From: Malacoraja senta
Lineage: Eukaryota
DNA: 64,000 nt
NCBI GenBank assembly: GCA_038087875.1
Contig: CM075989.1
Coordinates: 2,790,001-2,854,000, forward strand
Direction of reading: 5' to 3'
Both the position numbers and the translations under genes were made by a program. Below, piece by piece: positions 36,341 through 48,258 of this stretch; position 1 is the first letter of the stretch, and the number at the start of each line of letters is the position of its first letter. Under the pieces are notes generated by a model that was not told where the DNA came from, searched no databases, and saw only the letters and a list, made by a program, of their open reading frames with translations.

Positions 36341-37294
36341 TCAGTATAAACATATCTGAGGTATCACATTAGATCTGTCTACATGCGAACCAGACCCACT
36401 TACCTCCTTACCACCTGGCATTCGTCCCCGGCCCCGAGCTGGATATCTCACCTTCCCTGGCGGTGCTACAGCCAAACGCCAAGTGCGCTGCATCGTAGCT
36501 GGACTCGTCCCTTGCCCGGACCAGTCTCCTCGCTTATAGGGATACTTCCGCTTTGGTGGATATGTGGCTGCCGTCTTAGCCTCCTCCTCCAGCTCCTTCA
36601 CCTGCTGTGCGAAATCCTCGTCAAACAGCTGTGCCGGTTGCACTGTGCCAGGCTGGCAGAGTGAAGCATATTTAGAATTGATGGTTGGTCTAATCGCAGT
36701 CTTGCGAAGGCAGTTGATCTCAAAGTGGGCACTCCACAATAGCGCCTTTTGTTGTAATTTGTCATGGCCTCTCCATCCACCATCCTGGCAAAGCTCGTTA
36801 TACCAGATGCCAGCAACTTTAAAAATATCCTGGAGCTTCACATGCTCCTGGGCTCTCATTAGTATGCCCATCTTGCCCCAATTCTTCCTGTTCCCAACAG
36901 GAACTTTTAACAGTCCACAGTTGATTGGGGCTTCATGCTTCCTTACTGTCTCATCCATTGTCAGCTCCTGTAGCTGATGTGAGACTTGGTAATTTATGCT
37001 GGTGGCAAGTTCCTCACCCAGAGGCTCACCAGCGTCCGACGACGTGGCAAACCGTGCTGCACACGGTGTCAGCTCTAGCAGCTGCATGCCCTCCCTTTGG
37101 AAGTCGTCGTCGGACTCAGGGTCAGAGCGTATCTGCCCTTCTGCACTCACCTCTTGCAAAGAGGGTGCTTTCAAGCAGGCCTCTACCAGTGGAGCCTTCC
37201 CTAAGGCTTCCCGCCTGCACAACTCCTCCTGGAGTTGTGGCTTTGTGAAGCAGGCCTCTCCTAGGCACTGCCAGCGGAGCCGTCCCCACGGCAT
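36341..37294 (-). pseudogene. DIRS gag-like ORF1 remnant
   Basis: PINCGLLKVP..AHFEINCLRKTAIRPTINSKYASLC..LFDEDFAQQVKEL; lies upstream of RT; 84-bp tandem repeats at ~37165-37400. Confidence 0.7.
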
Positions 37295-37917
37295 CCCGCC
37301 TGCACAACACCCCCTGGAGTATGGCTTTATGAAGCAGACCTCTCCTAGGCACTGCCAGCGGAGCCTTTCCTATGGCTTCCCTCCTGCACTACTCCTCCTG
37401 GAGCGTCTCTGTGGAGCAGCCCCTGTATGAGCTGCTCCTTTTGGATAACCGCTGGGGAACGGTATCCTGTCCCCGACGGGACTCTCGTGGCCCGACTCTG
37501 CGGAGTCTATAGCCCTGACAGACTTAGCTTATGTCGACCGCCCGACTGGCGTTGGCTGTGTACCCGGCTGGGCACTTTGCCAAGTCTGTCGCCGCACCGC
37601 TACCGGCTTGCGACTCCCCTGAGGTGACAGGCTGCCTTTCAGAGACTGCGCTCCCGCAGCTCTCTCTCTCCTTGTCGGCAGCAGACCTGCACCTTTTCCT
37701 TGTTCCTGTATGTGGGGAAAAAACACACAGAAACAATTTTTTACTTTTCTCTAACTCCTCCAAAGTCTCCCCAACTTTGGTGGAGCTGTAATTACTCACC
37801 TGCAGAAGGAGCTCCGTCCTCCTGCTGCCGTTCGCGCCAATGCGTCAGACATAATGATGCGCATGCGCCCTGACGGGTCTTCTTCATGTAGTCACTCACG
37901 TGACTCCGAAGTAAAAT

Positions 37918-38620
37918 GGGCCCTTTGGCCCACAATGTTTTTGCCGAACATGATGCCAAGTTAAACTGATCTCACCTGCGTGTACATGATCCATATACAT
38001 CTATCCCTGCACTTCCTTGTACCCATCTAAAAGCCTTGTAGATGCCTCCACCACCACCCCAGCCAATGTGTTCTAAACCCTCACCACTCTTGGCCCACAC
38101 ATCTCCATTAAACTTTCCTCCTCTGACCATATAGCGATGCCCTCTGGTGTTGGACATTTCCACCCTGGGGAAAAAGGTTCTGACTGTCTACCCCATCTAT
38201 GCCTCTCATAATTGTATACACTTTTATCTAGTCTCCCCTCAACCACTGAGGTTCGATAGAAAACAATCGAAGTCTATCCAACCTCTCCCTGCAGCTCTCC
38301 AGGCAACATTCTGGTAAATCTCCCGCTCTGAATCCTCCGCATCTTGTAATGGGACGACCAGAACTGCACGCAATACTCCAAATGCAGCCTAACCAAAGTC
38401 CTAAAGAACTGCATCATGACTTCCTGACTCTTTTATTCAATGCCCCTCCCAATGAAGGCAAGCAGACCATATGCCTTCTTTACCACCCTAGCTACTTGTG
38501 TTGCCACCTTCAGTGAGCTATGAACTTGGACTCCAAGAATCTGCTGCACTTCAATGCTTTTAAGGTTCCATCCAATTAGAAATATTTGCCCCCAGTTTTT
38601 TAACTTCCACACCCTTTACG
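37918..38620 (-). mobile_element. CR1 LINE fragment (host of the DIRS element)
   Basis: LVRLHLEYCVQFWS..TRGHRYMVRGGKF remnants. Confidence 0.8.
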
Positions 38621-38679
38621 CTTCCTGTCAGTATTCACCCGGACATTGATGTCATTTCCCTTGTGGATTTCCTGTACAT

Positions 38680-39280
38680 TGAATTCCTTGGAGCACAGGA
38701 GGCTGAGAGGTGATCTTATAGTGGCCCATAAAATCATGAGTGGAAAAGATAGAGTGAATGCACAGTCTTTTACCCCTGGGGAATCAAGAGCCACGGGACA
38801 TAGGATTAAGGCGAGAGGGGAAACATAGAAACATAGAAACATAGACAATAGGTGCAGGAGGAGGCCATTCGGCCCTTCGAGCCAGCACCGCCATTCATTG
38901 TGATCATGGCTGATCAATAACCCGTGCCTGCCTTCTCCCCATATCCCTTGACTCCACTAGCCCCTAGAGCTCTATCTAACTCTCTCTTAAATCCATCCAG
39001 TGACTTGGCCTCCACTGCCCTCTGTGGCGGAAAGATTTAAAAGGAAGGCCAACTTTGGTATTCAGTTTGTGGTGAGTATGTGGAATGAGCTGCTAGAGGA
39101 GGTAGTTGAGGCAGGTACTATAATGTCATTTAAAGGACCTTTGGACAAGTGCATGGATAGGCAAGGCTTAGAGGAATATGGACCAAATGCAGGCAGGTGG
39201 GATTATATTGGATGTTATCTTGTTCGGCATGGATTAGTTGGGCCGAAGGGCCTGTTTTTGTGCTGTATGACTCCATGATG
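38680..39280 (+). mobile_element. CR1 3' fragment with a nested opposite-strand CR1 tail (38822-39030)
   Basis: SLEHRRLRGDLI..WNELLEEVVEAG; nested (AAACATAG)n tail. Confidence 0.8.
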
Positions 39281-40867
39281 TTATCTGAATACATAGTGCC
39301 CAGTAGGTACTGACTGAATTAAACACTTTATTCTATGTTTCCTGTGCACAAATTTTGCAATTATCTCACATTTCAACAAAGTGTATATCATGATGAAGTA
39401 AGGAGACCAATATGAGTTTAGTTTTTTTTAGTTTAGTTTATAGAAACAAAGTGGAAACAGGCCCTTCGGCCCACTGAGTCCATGCCGACCGGTGCTCAGC
39501 CCGTAACCTATGCTGCACACTAGGGACAATAGATGAAAAGAATCTTATTTATCCGAACAATGGTTGGAGTGCAGAGTTACCTATTATTGGAGTTGCAACA
39601 AAACCTCATGGGCACAGTGCACCCCAGTGAAGCAGCTGGTTCACCTGCTGCCTTACAGTGCCAAAGACCAGGGTTCAATCCTGACCTCGGCTGCTGCCTG
39701 TGTGGCAATTTACAATTTTACCGAAGCCAATTAACCTACAAACCTGCACGTCTTTGGAGTGTGGGAGGAAACCGGAGCACCCGGAGAAAACCCACACGAT
39801 CACGGGGAGACGGTACAAACTCTATACAGACAGCACCCGTTGTCAGGATCGAACCAGGGTCTCTGGTGCTGTACGGCAGCAGCTCTACCGCAGCTGCGCC
39901 ACCGTGCCGGCCCAGCCTGATTTTAAGTTTTCATCTGGAATAATGGAGACCACAGTTGCTATGTTGCAGCCGTAGATTGCAAGAGTGTGGGGCAATCGTG
40001 GCCTCATGGTCTAATCGGCCCAGTCCATGCTCATGAGAGGTCTGTGCCAGGAGACCCACGCAATGTTCACCATGCCTCAGGGTGAGATCACATTGCTATT
40101 TCCCACCTAGTTTGCAGCAATGCTGGTGAAATGGCGGCACAGTGGTGCAGCGGTAGAGTTGCTGCTTTACAGTGGCAGAGACACGGGTTTGATCCTGACT
40201 ACGGGTGCTGTCTGTACGGATCTCCGGTATCCTCCCACATTCTAAAGACTTACAGGTTTGTAAGTTAATTGACTTGGTATAATTGTAAACTGTGGCTGGT
40301 GTGTGTAGGATAGTGGACGTGTGTGGGGATCGCTGGTCGTTGTGGACTCGGTGGGCTGAAGAGCCTGTTTTCACGCTGTATCTCTGAACTATGTGCAGGT
40401 CGGATCTTAATGCTTGGGAAAGAGACTAAACCATGATAATGATTTCTTCATTCAATTTTACAATTACTTATGACTTTCGATTTGGTATTATCCACACACG
40501 TGGAACCAAGTATGGGGGAAATCCAATTTCTAGGCATATTAATAATATGGTAATTTTTGCATGGCATTTGATAAATGTTGGCGTTTAGTTCAGAGATACA
40601 GCACGGAAACATAGAGTCCGCGCCGATCAGCGATCCCCATACACTAACACTATTCGACACACACCAGGGACAGTTTACACATTTTATCAAAGTCAATTAA
40701 CCTAGAAACCTGTACATCTTTGGAGTGTGGGAGGAAACCAGAGCACCCGGAGAAAACCCACGCGGTCACAGGGAGAATGTACAAATTCCATACAGACAGC
40801 ATCCATAGTCAGGATCGAACCCATGTCTTTGGCTCTGTGAGGCAGAAACTCTATCGCTGCGCCCTGA

Positions 40868-41190
40868 GTTCAGATGGCTTGGTTGAGGAGCACCTTCAGC
40901 AACAGACTGGTTCCACCAAGATGCAGCACAGAACGCCACAGGAGATCCTTCTTCCCTGTGGCTATCAAACTGTACAACTCATCCCCCTTCTGTCATGGGG
41001 TAGACTGAGACTGAGACTGAGACTGACTCCCCTCCCCCCCCCATCCCCTCCCCAGTCTTTGCACATCCCCAATCATGGACATTCCTCTCGTCACTTTAAT
41101 TTCATGTTTCATGTATTGTTTTATGACTGTTGGCAGACCAATTTCCCTCTGGGATAAATAAAGTTCTATCTTATTCAATCGTATCGTATT
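40868..41190 (+). mobile_element. Rex1/Babar LINE 3' fragment
   Basis: FSNRLVPPRCSTERHRRSFFPVAIKLYN then GGGATAAATAAAGTTCTATC tail. Confidence 0.7.
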
Positions 41191-42879
41191 GGTTATGTGG
41201 TAAAGATGGCTAAATGATTGACTAGGATACACAGCAGTATCAGCTGTCTATGGCATTCAGAATGAGATCCTTCGAGGAGATTAGAGTCAAAGGCTACTCA
41301 AAGGTACATGATGTATATGAAAAGATTCAGAGTGTGGAATAGATTCAATAGTAATTAAGTTGTACAGGCTCTGTGGAATAAGCAAGTTTGAAAGGGTGAA
41401 TGGCTTTCAGATTTGCATTGTAAGAAACTTGTTTCTGACAACTGGCACTGCCTGTATTTGTCAGAAGATAAGACATGTTATTTTACATGCATTCAGTATG
41501 CTCATTGCCTATTTCTTCTCCAAAAAAACATCAGTAGGTAGATAGATACAACGTGAAAACAGGCCCTTTGGCCCATCGAATTCACGATGACCATGAACCA
41601 CGCAATTCTGCACCAATCCAACCCTACTTTAATTTGATACAAAATGTTATCAATTCCCCTCCTAATTCTACCTCTCACATACAAACAAGGGGCGATTTAC
41701 AGAGCCTATTACATACAAACCTGCACGTCTTTGGGTTGTTGGAGAAAAGGGAGCACTCAGAGGAAACCCAGTCACCTGGGTCACATTGAGAACATGCAAA
41801 CTCCACATACCCAGCACCCAAGTTCAACGATTGAGCCCGAGTCTTTGGCACAACAGCACGGCTGGTGGAGCTGCTTCCTCACAGGCACGGTGGAGACTCG
41901 GTGAAGCCTCGCGGTGGTGGTGGAGCCTCGTGGGTCGACCCGCGGCGTCGGCGGTCGATGAGAGCGTGGGGGGGGACACTGTGGGGGACGGGGAAGAACA
42001 ATGGACAATGGGGACCTGGCACGGGGGAATCACTGTGGGGGAGGAGAACAAAGGAGGAGCCGGCGTACTTTGTAACTTCATCAACGCCGTAGGTGTCCGC
42101 TATTTGCATACCACACGTGACAATAAAGTATTCCATTCCATTCCATTCCATTCCAGAGACCCGCGTTCTATCGTCGCCTCTGGTGCTGTCTGTGTGGAGT
42201 TTGCACGTTCTCTCACGGAACTGAACTGAACTGTATCAGCTGTGCCACTGTGCCACCCCATCTTTCTCTTAAGTTAGTGATGCCTCCCAGTGACGTTAGA
42301 GAACTCCAGGATCTAGGTCGAAAGATCATGAAATAATTTATCAAAATGTCAGTATGATGCATAACTCAGTCTTAGAGTTGGAGGTGTTTCCTCATGATTG
42401 TTAGTGGAGGTAATAATGCATTTTGCTGTTAACACAGTGCACTGGGGAAAGGGTGGAGAGAGTCCATTGTTGTGGCAGTGATGAAGTGAACTCCCCTGAA
42501 TCACTTTGAACTGCATCAATGCAGATATTTTAGCTTGACCCCAGCATGTTAATATTGAGTTGTTTACTTAGGACCTCTTGAGCCTTGAAGGTAATGGAAA
42601 ATGTTTGGAGAAGCACCATTGTGGGATCCAACCTCTTCCAACCGTGGCAATGGCAATGGCTGGTGAGGTTCAGATTTCAGTCATGTCCCTTCCATTGAAG
42701 ACATTGAAGCTAGGCACAGAATGGTGGAATAACTCAGCAAGTCAGGCAGCACATCTGGAGAAAAGGAATTGGTGATGTTTCGGGTTGGAACCAGTCTGAA
42801 GAAGGATTCCCACACATTTCTCCTCTTCCTTTTCTCCAGAGATGCTGCCTGACCCGGTGAGTTACGCGAACATTTTCAC

Positions 42880-43490
42880 AAGCTCATAAGTTCGTAGGTT
42901 CTAGGAACAGAATTAGGCCATTCGACACATCAAGACTACTCCGCCATTCAATCATAGCTGATCTATCCTTCCCTCTCAATCCCATTTTCCTGCCTTCTCC
43001 CCATAACCACTGACGCCCGTACTAATCATCAATCTCAATCTCTAACGTAAAAATGTCTATTGACTTGGCCTCCGCAGCAATAAGTGGCAATGAATTCCAC
43101 AGCTTCACCACCCTCTGACTAAATAAAGTCTTCCTTATCAGCTTTATAAAGGTAAGTCCCTTTATTCGGAGGCTGTGGCCTCTGGTCCTAGACTCTCCCT
43201 ACATCCTCTCTACATTCACTCTATCCAGGCCTTTCACTTTCACTTCAGTAGGTTTCAATGAGGTCCCCCCTCATCCTTCTGAACTCCAGCGAGTATAGGC
43301 CCAGTGCATTCAAATGCTCATCATATGTTAACCCAATCATTCTTTGGTTGACGAGATCATTATTCTCAACCTCCTCTGGACCATCTCCAATGTCAGCACA
43401 TCCTTGCTCAGATATGGGGCCCAAAACTGTGCACAATATTCCAAATGCGGTCTGAACAGTGCCTTATATAGCCTCAGCATTACATCCCTG
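42880..43490 (-). mobile_element. CR1 LINE 3' fragment
   Basis: [33 protein letters not shown]. Confidence 0.85.
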
Positions 43491-44847
43491 TTTTGTGTCT
43501 ATCTTCGGTATAAACCAGCATCTGCAGTTCCTTCCCACACAAGGTCTTGGGAGTGGAGTGGCTGGGCTTGTTTGCAATCCAGTATTTAGGTTGCTACCGC
43601 AGGCTGAATGGAAGGTCAGCCATTGTTCTATTCTCAAATTTCTCCATCTGTTGTACTGTTCGGCTAAATCCACGATTAGATCCGCAGGGATAACAATCTA
43701 TATGGTAGAATCCTTGATGGCAGATAGGGTTGGGATTGCATTATGCAACCATCAGATCATATCTAACTCCACAATGCATGAGCTGCCTAGAAGTTGCAGG
43801 GTTTTAGACACTGAATGTAATTTCATAAAATATCAGTTAGACTCTAACATACAAGGCAAAAAGTGAAATGTTATGCACCTGGCAATGTTTCAAGAGAAGT
43901 TACGTATAAATCACTGATATAATTGTATACATTTCAAAATGTCAATGTGTTCAGTACAGATTCTATGCCATGTTTTTACCCCAACTTCATTCTTCATCTT
44001 TTTTCTTTCATTTTTCAATTTTTTTTGAAAAATCCAATTTTGAAAAGTAAACTGAGCATGATTTGTTTGTTCACTACCTGTGCCTACAAAATGAATAATA
44101 ACCCGAGTTGGAATTTGCAGGTAGGTGACACAGTGTAAACAAATGGTGTAGCACGGGCAATGAGTCAAAGAAGGCTCTCTCCAACGTACACAGGCATGTG
44201 GCAGAGTAGTGCAGCAGGTAGAGCTGCTGCTAGAGATCCAGGCTCGTTCCTGACCTCGGGTGCTGTCTGTGTGGAGTTTGCACGTTCTCCCTGTGGATGG
44301 TGTGGGTTTCCTCCGGGTGCTCCGGTGTCCTCCCACATCCCAAAGACAGAGGGTGGCGGGTATATGGAACGAGTTGCCAGAGGAGGCAGCTGAGGCAGGT
44401 ACAAGCACAGCAATTAAAAGTAACTTGGACAGGTACATGGATAGGAATGGTTTAGAGGGATAATAGCCAAACACAGGCAGGTGGGACAGTTGCAGATGGG
44501 GCATCCTGGTCGGCATGGACAATTTGGGCCGAAGGGCCTATTTCCATGCTGCATGATTCTATGACTCTGACTCTAGGTGCAGGTTTCATGCTTGATTGGC
44601 CTCTGTAAATTGCCCCTAGTGTGTAGGATGTCTCCTAGTGGATTGAAAGGTGAAATAGCATAGAACTAGTGTGAATAGGTGATGGATGGGCGGCGTGGAA
44701 TCGGTTGGCCGAAGGGCGTGTTTCAATCGAAGATACGTAGACACAAAAAACTGGAGTAACTCAGCGGGAGAGGCTGCATCTCTGGAGAGGAATGGGTGAT
44801 GTTTCTCGACCCGAAACGTTACCCATTCCATCTCTCCAGAGATGCTG

Positions 44848-45090
44848 TGTCAGGTCTCACGTTTGATCTAGTTTCTGTTTCTTATTGTTTTTATTATTAT
44901 TGGTTGCATTCTTGTTTTATTTTGGTGTCTCACATCTCCTCTCGTTTCAGGTCCCATTTCCTGTCATGTCGTGGGATTGTTGACCCCGCCCTGATGTGTT
45001 TCACCTGTGTCTCGTTATCCCCTGTTAGGCTGTGTATTTAAGCCCTTTGTGTTTTAGTTCTCATTGCCAGTTCGTTGTGTATGTTACTTT
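44848..45090 (+). repeat. 5' LTR, left part (resumes at 46964-47173)
   Basis: Aligns with 50156-50408; TATTTAA box at 45035-45041. Confidence 0.93.
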
Positions 45091-46958
45091 ACCATATAAC
45101 CATATAACCATAACAGCACGGAAACAGGCCATCTCGGCCCTTCAAGTCCGTGCCGAACACTTTTTTTTTTTTTAAGTTACTTTTTTTTAATATATTTTAT
45201 TTTTTATTTTTATTTTATTTATTTTTTTACTTCCCCCTAGTCCCATCTACCTGCACTCAGACCATAACCCTCCATTCCTTTCCCGTCCATATACCCATCC
45301 AATCTATTTTTAAAGGATAACATCGAACATGCCTCCACCACTTCCACTGGAAGCTCATTCCACACAGCTACCACTCTCTGAGTAAAGAAGTTCCCCCTAA
45401 TGTTCCCCCTAAACCTCTGTCCCTTAATTCTCAAGTCATGTCCCCTTGTTTGAATCTTCCCTACTCTCAATGGGAAAAGCGTATCCACGTCCACTCTGTC
45501 TAACCCGCTCATAATTTTAAAGACCTCTATCAAGTCCCCTCTTAACCTTCTGTGCTCCAAAGAATAAAGACCTAACTTGTTCAACCTTTCTCTGTAACTT
45601 AGTTGCTGAAACCCAGGCAACATTCTAGTAAATCTCCTCTGTACTCTCTCTATTTTGTTGACATCCTTCCTATAATTAGGCGACCAAAATTGTACTCCAT
45701 ACTCCAGAATTGGCCTCACCAATGCCTTGTACAATTTTAACATTACATCCCAACTTCTATATTCAATGCTCTGATTTATAAAGGCCAGCACACCAAAAGC
45801 TTTCTTTACCACCCTATCTACATGAGATTCCACATTCAGGGAACTATGCACAGTTATTCCTAGATCCCTCTGTTCAACTGCATTCCTCAATTCGCTACCA
45901 TTTACCATGTACGTCCTATTTTGAATTGTCCTGCCGAGATGTAGCACCTCACATTTGTCAGCATTAAACTCCATCTGCCATCTTTCAGCCCACTCTTCCA
46001 AATGGCCTAAATCTCTCTGTAGACTTTGAAAATCTACTTCATTATCCACAACACCCCCTACCTTAGTATCATCTGCATACTTACTAATCCAATTTTCCAC
46101 ACCATCATCCAGATCATTGATGTACATGACAAACAACAGTGGACCCAACACAGACCCCTGAGGCACCCGACTAGTCACCGGCCTCCAATCTGACAAACAG
46201 CCATCCACCATTACTCTCTGGCATCTCCCATTCAGCCACTGTTGAATCCATCTTGCTACTCCACCATTAATACCCAACAATTGAATCTTCTTAACCAACC
46301 TTCCATGAGGAACCTTGTCAAAGGCCGTACTGAAGTCCATATAGACAACATCCACTGCTTTACCCTCATCAATTTCCCTAGTAACCTCTTCGAAAAATTC
46401 AAGAAGATTAGTCAAACATGACCTTCCAGGCACAAATCCATGTTGACTGTTCCTAATCAGACCCTGCTTATCCAGATGCTTATATATATTATCTTTAAGT
46501 ATCCTTTCCATTAATTTGCCCACCACTGACGTCAAACTAACAGGTCTATAATTGCTAGGTTTACTCTTAGAACCCTTTTTGAACAACGGAACAACATGCG
46601 CAGTACGCCAATCCTCCGGCACTATTCCCGTTTCTAATGACATTTGAAATATTTCTGTCATAGCCCCTGCTATTTCTACACTAACTTCCCTCAATGTCCT
46701 AGGGAATATCCTGGAGACTTATCCGTTTTCATATTGTGAGATTCAAAGCACCTCCTCTTCTTTGAATCTCACAGTTTCCATTGCTACTCTGCTTGTGTCC
46801 CTTACCTCACATAATTCCATATCCTTCTCCTTGGTGAATACCGAAGAAAATAAATTGTTCAATATCTCCCCCATCTCTTTTGGCTCTGCAGATAGCTGTC
46901 CACTCTGACTCTCTAATGGACCAATTTTATTCCTTGTTATCCTTTTGCTATTAATATC
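45091..46958 (-). mobile_element. Young 5'-truncated CR1 (HER1-like) LINE inserted in the 5' LTR
   Basis: (ACCATATA)n tail; ACTTT duplicated at 45086-45090 and 46959-46963; absent from the 3' LTR. Confidence 0.93.
45237..46694 (-). CDS. CR1 ORF2 reverse transcriptase domain (485 aa open, N-terminally truncated)
   Basis: NYRPVSLTS, QHGF, DFSTAFDKVPH, VPQGSVLGP, YADDTK motifs. Confidence 0.92.
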   Translation of the reverse strand: MREVSVEIAGAMTEIFQMSLETGIVPEDWRTAHVVPLFKKGSKSKPSNYRPVSLTSVVGKLMERILKDNIYKHLDKQGLIRNSQHGFVPGRSCLTNLLEFFEEVTREIDEGKAVDVVYMDFSTAFDKVPHGRLVKKIQLLGINGGVARWIQQWLNGRCQRVMVDGCLSDWRPVTSRVPQGSVLGPLLFVMYINDLDDGVENWISKYADDTKVGGVVDNEVDFQSLQRDLGHLEEWAERWQMEFNADKCEVLHLGRTIQNRTYMVNGSELRNAVEQRDLGITVHSSLNVESHVDRVVKKAFGVLAFINQSIEYRSWDVMLKLYKALVRPILEYGVQFWSPNYRKDVNKIERVQRRFTRMLPGFQQLSYRERLNKLGLYSLEHRRLRGDLIEVFKIMSGLDRVDVDTLFPLRVGKIQTRGHDLRIKGQRFRGNIRGNFFTQRVVAVWNELPVEVVEACSMLSFKNRLDGYMDGKGMEGYGLSAGRWD

Positions 46959-47175
46959 ACTTTGTATCACCTCGTGCCAGCTCTAGAAATCTTTTGACCT
47001 TGTTATCTCGACCAGTGCCTGTTTTCGACCACTGTTTTTGCCTGCTCCTAGATTGTACTGTTGCCTCCGTTTTTGCTTACCTGTGTACCGACTTGGACCG
47101 ATTAAACTCTGAAAACTGATCTGCCCTGTGTCTGAGCCTGCATTTGAGTCCTCCTCCTCGTTCAGTTCTGATATT

Positions 47176-47185
47176 ACGAACTGGC
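47176..47185 (+). promoter_or_regulatory. Self-priming primer-binding site
   Basis: ACGAACTGGC is the exact reverse complement of LTR GCCAGTTCGT (45066-45075; 50384-50393). Confidence 0.8.
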
Positions 47186-47190
47186 CAACA

Positions 47191-48153
47191 ATGGACTCAG
47201 CGGGCTCTGATCTTTTTCATGCAGCGCTCCATAAGCAAGAGGAGCGCATCTCGCATTACGAGGGTCAACTCACCTCAATCTTCGCCGGGTTCCGGGATCT
47301 CGGCGAGCGTCAGCAGGGGTTCCAGGCGGACATCGGCTCACAGGTGAACACTTTAAGTTCCCGGTTTGAACACCTGGTTGCTCGGCTGGATTCTTTTTTC
47401 CCTGCCGCGGCTCCCGTGCCGGCCAAGTCTGTTTCCTTGTCTGTGTCTCCAGGAGCTCCGATGGCCACGGCTGCCGCAGCATCTCCATTCGTCCGCCTGG
47501 CAAGACTGGAACACTTTTCGGGGGAATCGGAGAAGTGTAGACCTTTTTTGATTCAGTGTGGACTGCATTTCGAACTTCAAGCGGCTTCCTTTCCATCAGA
47601 ACGCTCAAGGGTAGCCTTTATCATCACGCACATGTCGGGCAGAGCGGAGGCTTGGGCCACGGCGGAATGGTCTCGGAATTCTCCTGTTTGCCAGGCGTCG
47701 GTCCTGTTCATGGAAGCTCTGTCCCGCACGTTTGATCACTCCAATCCTGGCCGAGAGGCTTCGCAGAACCTGGTCTCCATGAAACAAGGTAATCGCACAG
47801 TTATGGATTTTGCTATTGACTTTCGAACTGTTGCTGCTAAGAGTGGATGGAATGAGGCTGCTTTGTTGGATGCTTTTCGCAATGGATTGTCTGAAGCTAT
47901 CAAAGATCAGTTGGCTCCACTAACTCTGCCTTCCGACTTCGAGTCTATGATTTCCCTGGCTGTCCAGATTGACGCTAGGCTCAGAGAAAGAGAGCGAGAG
48001 AGGAGATCGGCTGCAGTTCGGTCCTCCTCCCAGCAGGGGCGGCAGCATCGCCCTTCGCCTTCCGGTCGGGACTTCTTCCCTCTCCACCGGTCCAGTCAGC
48101 CTACAGCGCCACCTGTCTCTTCGGAGGAGCCCATGCAGGTGGGACGAGCCTAA
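47191..48153 (+). CDS. Sushi/PEG10-like Gag (320 aa; premature stop before the zinc knuckle)
   Basis: FSGE..CRPFLIQC..F..ERSRVAFII..GRAEAWA..QGNRTVMDFAIDFR..GWNEAAL..EEPMQVG; CFYCGELGH...C follows out of frame. Confidence 0.88.
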   Translation: MDSAGSDLFHAALHKQEERISHYEGQLTSIFAGFRDLGERQQGFQADIGSQVNTLSSRFEHLVARLDSFFPAAAPVPAKSVSLSVSPGAPMATAAAASPFVRLARLEHFSGESEKCRPFLIQCGLHFELQAASFPSERSRVAFIITHMSGRAEAWATAEWSRNSPVCQASVLFMEALSRTFDHSNPGREASQNLVSMKQGNRTVMDFAIDFRTVAAKSGWNEAALLDAFRNGLSEAIKDQLAPLTLPSDFESMISLAVQIDARLRERERERRSAAVRSSSQQGRQHRPSPSGRDFFPLHRSSQPTAPPVSSEEPMQVGRA

Positions 48154-48258
48154 CTCAGCCCGGAGGAGCGGCAGCGCCGCCTGTAAGGGGAGGTGTTTTT
48201 ACTGTGGTGAACTGGGACATTTGTTGAACAGCTGTTCAGTAAAAGATAAAACTCACCA

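Larger units (their letters stand above)
33149..37917 (-). mobile_element. DIRS1-type tyrosine-recombinase retrotransposon, full length, degenerate
   Basis: ITRs 33221-33256 / 37855-37890; ICR 33379-33490 complementary to both outer termini; gag, RT/RH, MT-like and YR remnants in order on the minus strand. Confidence 0.93.
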
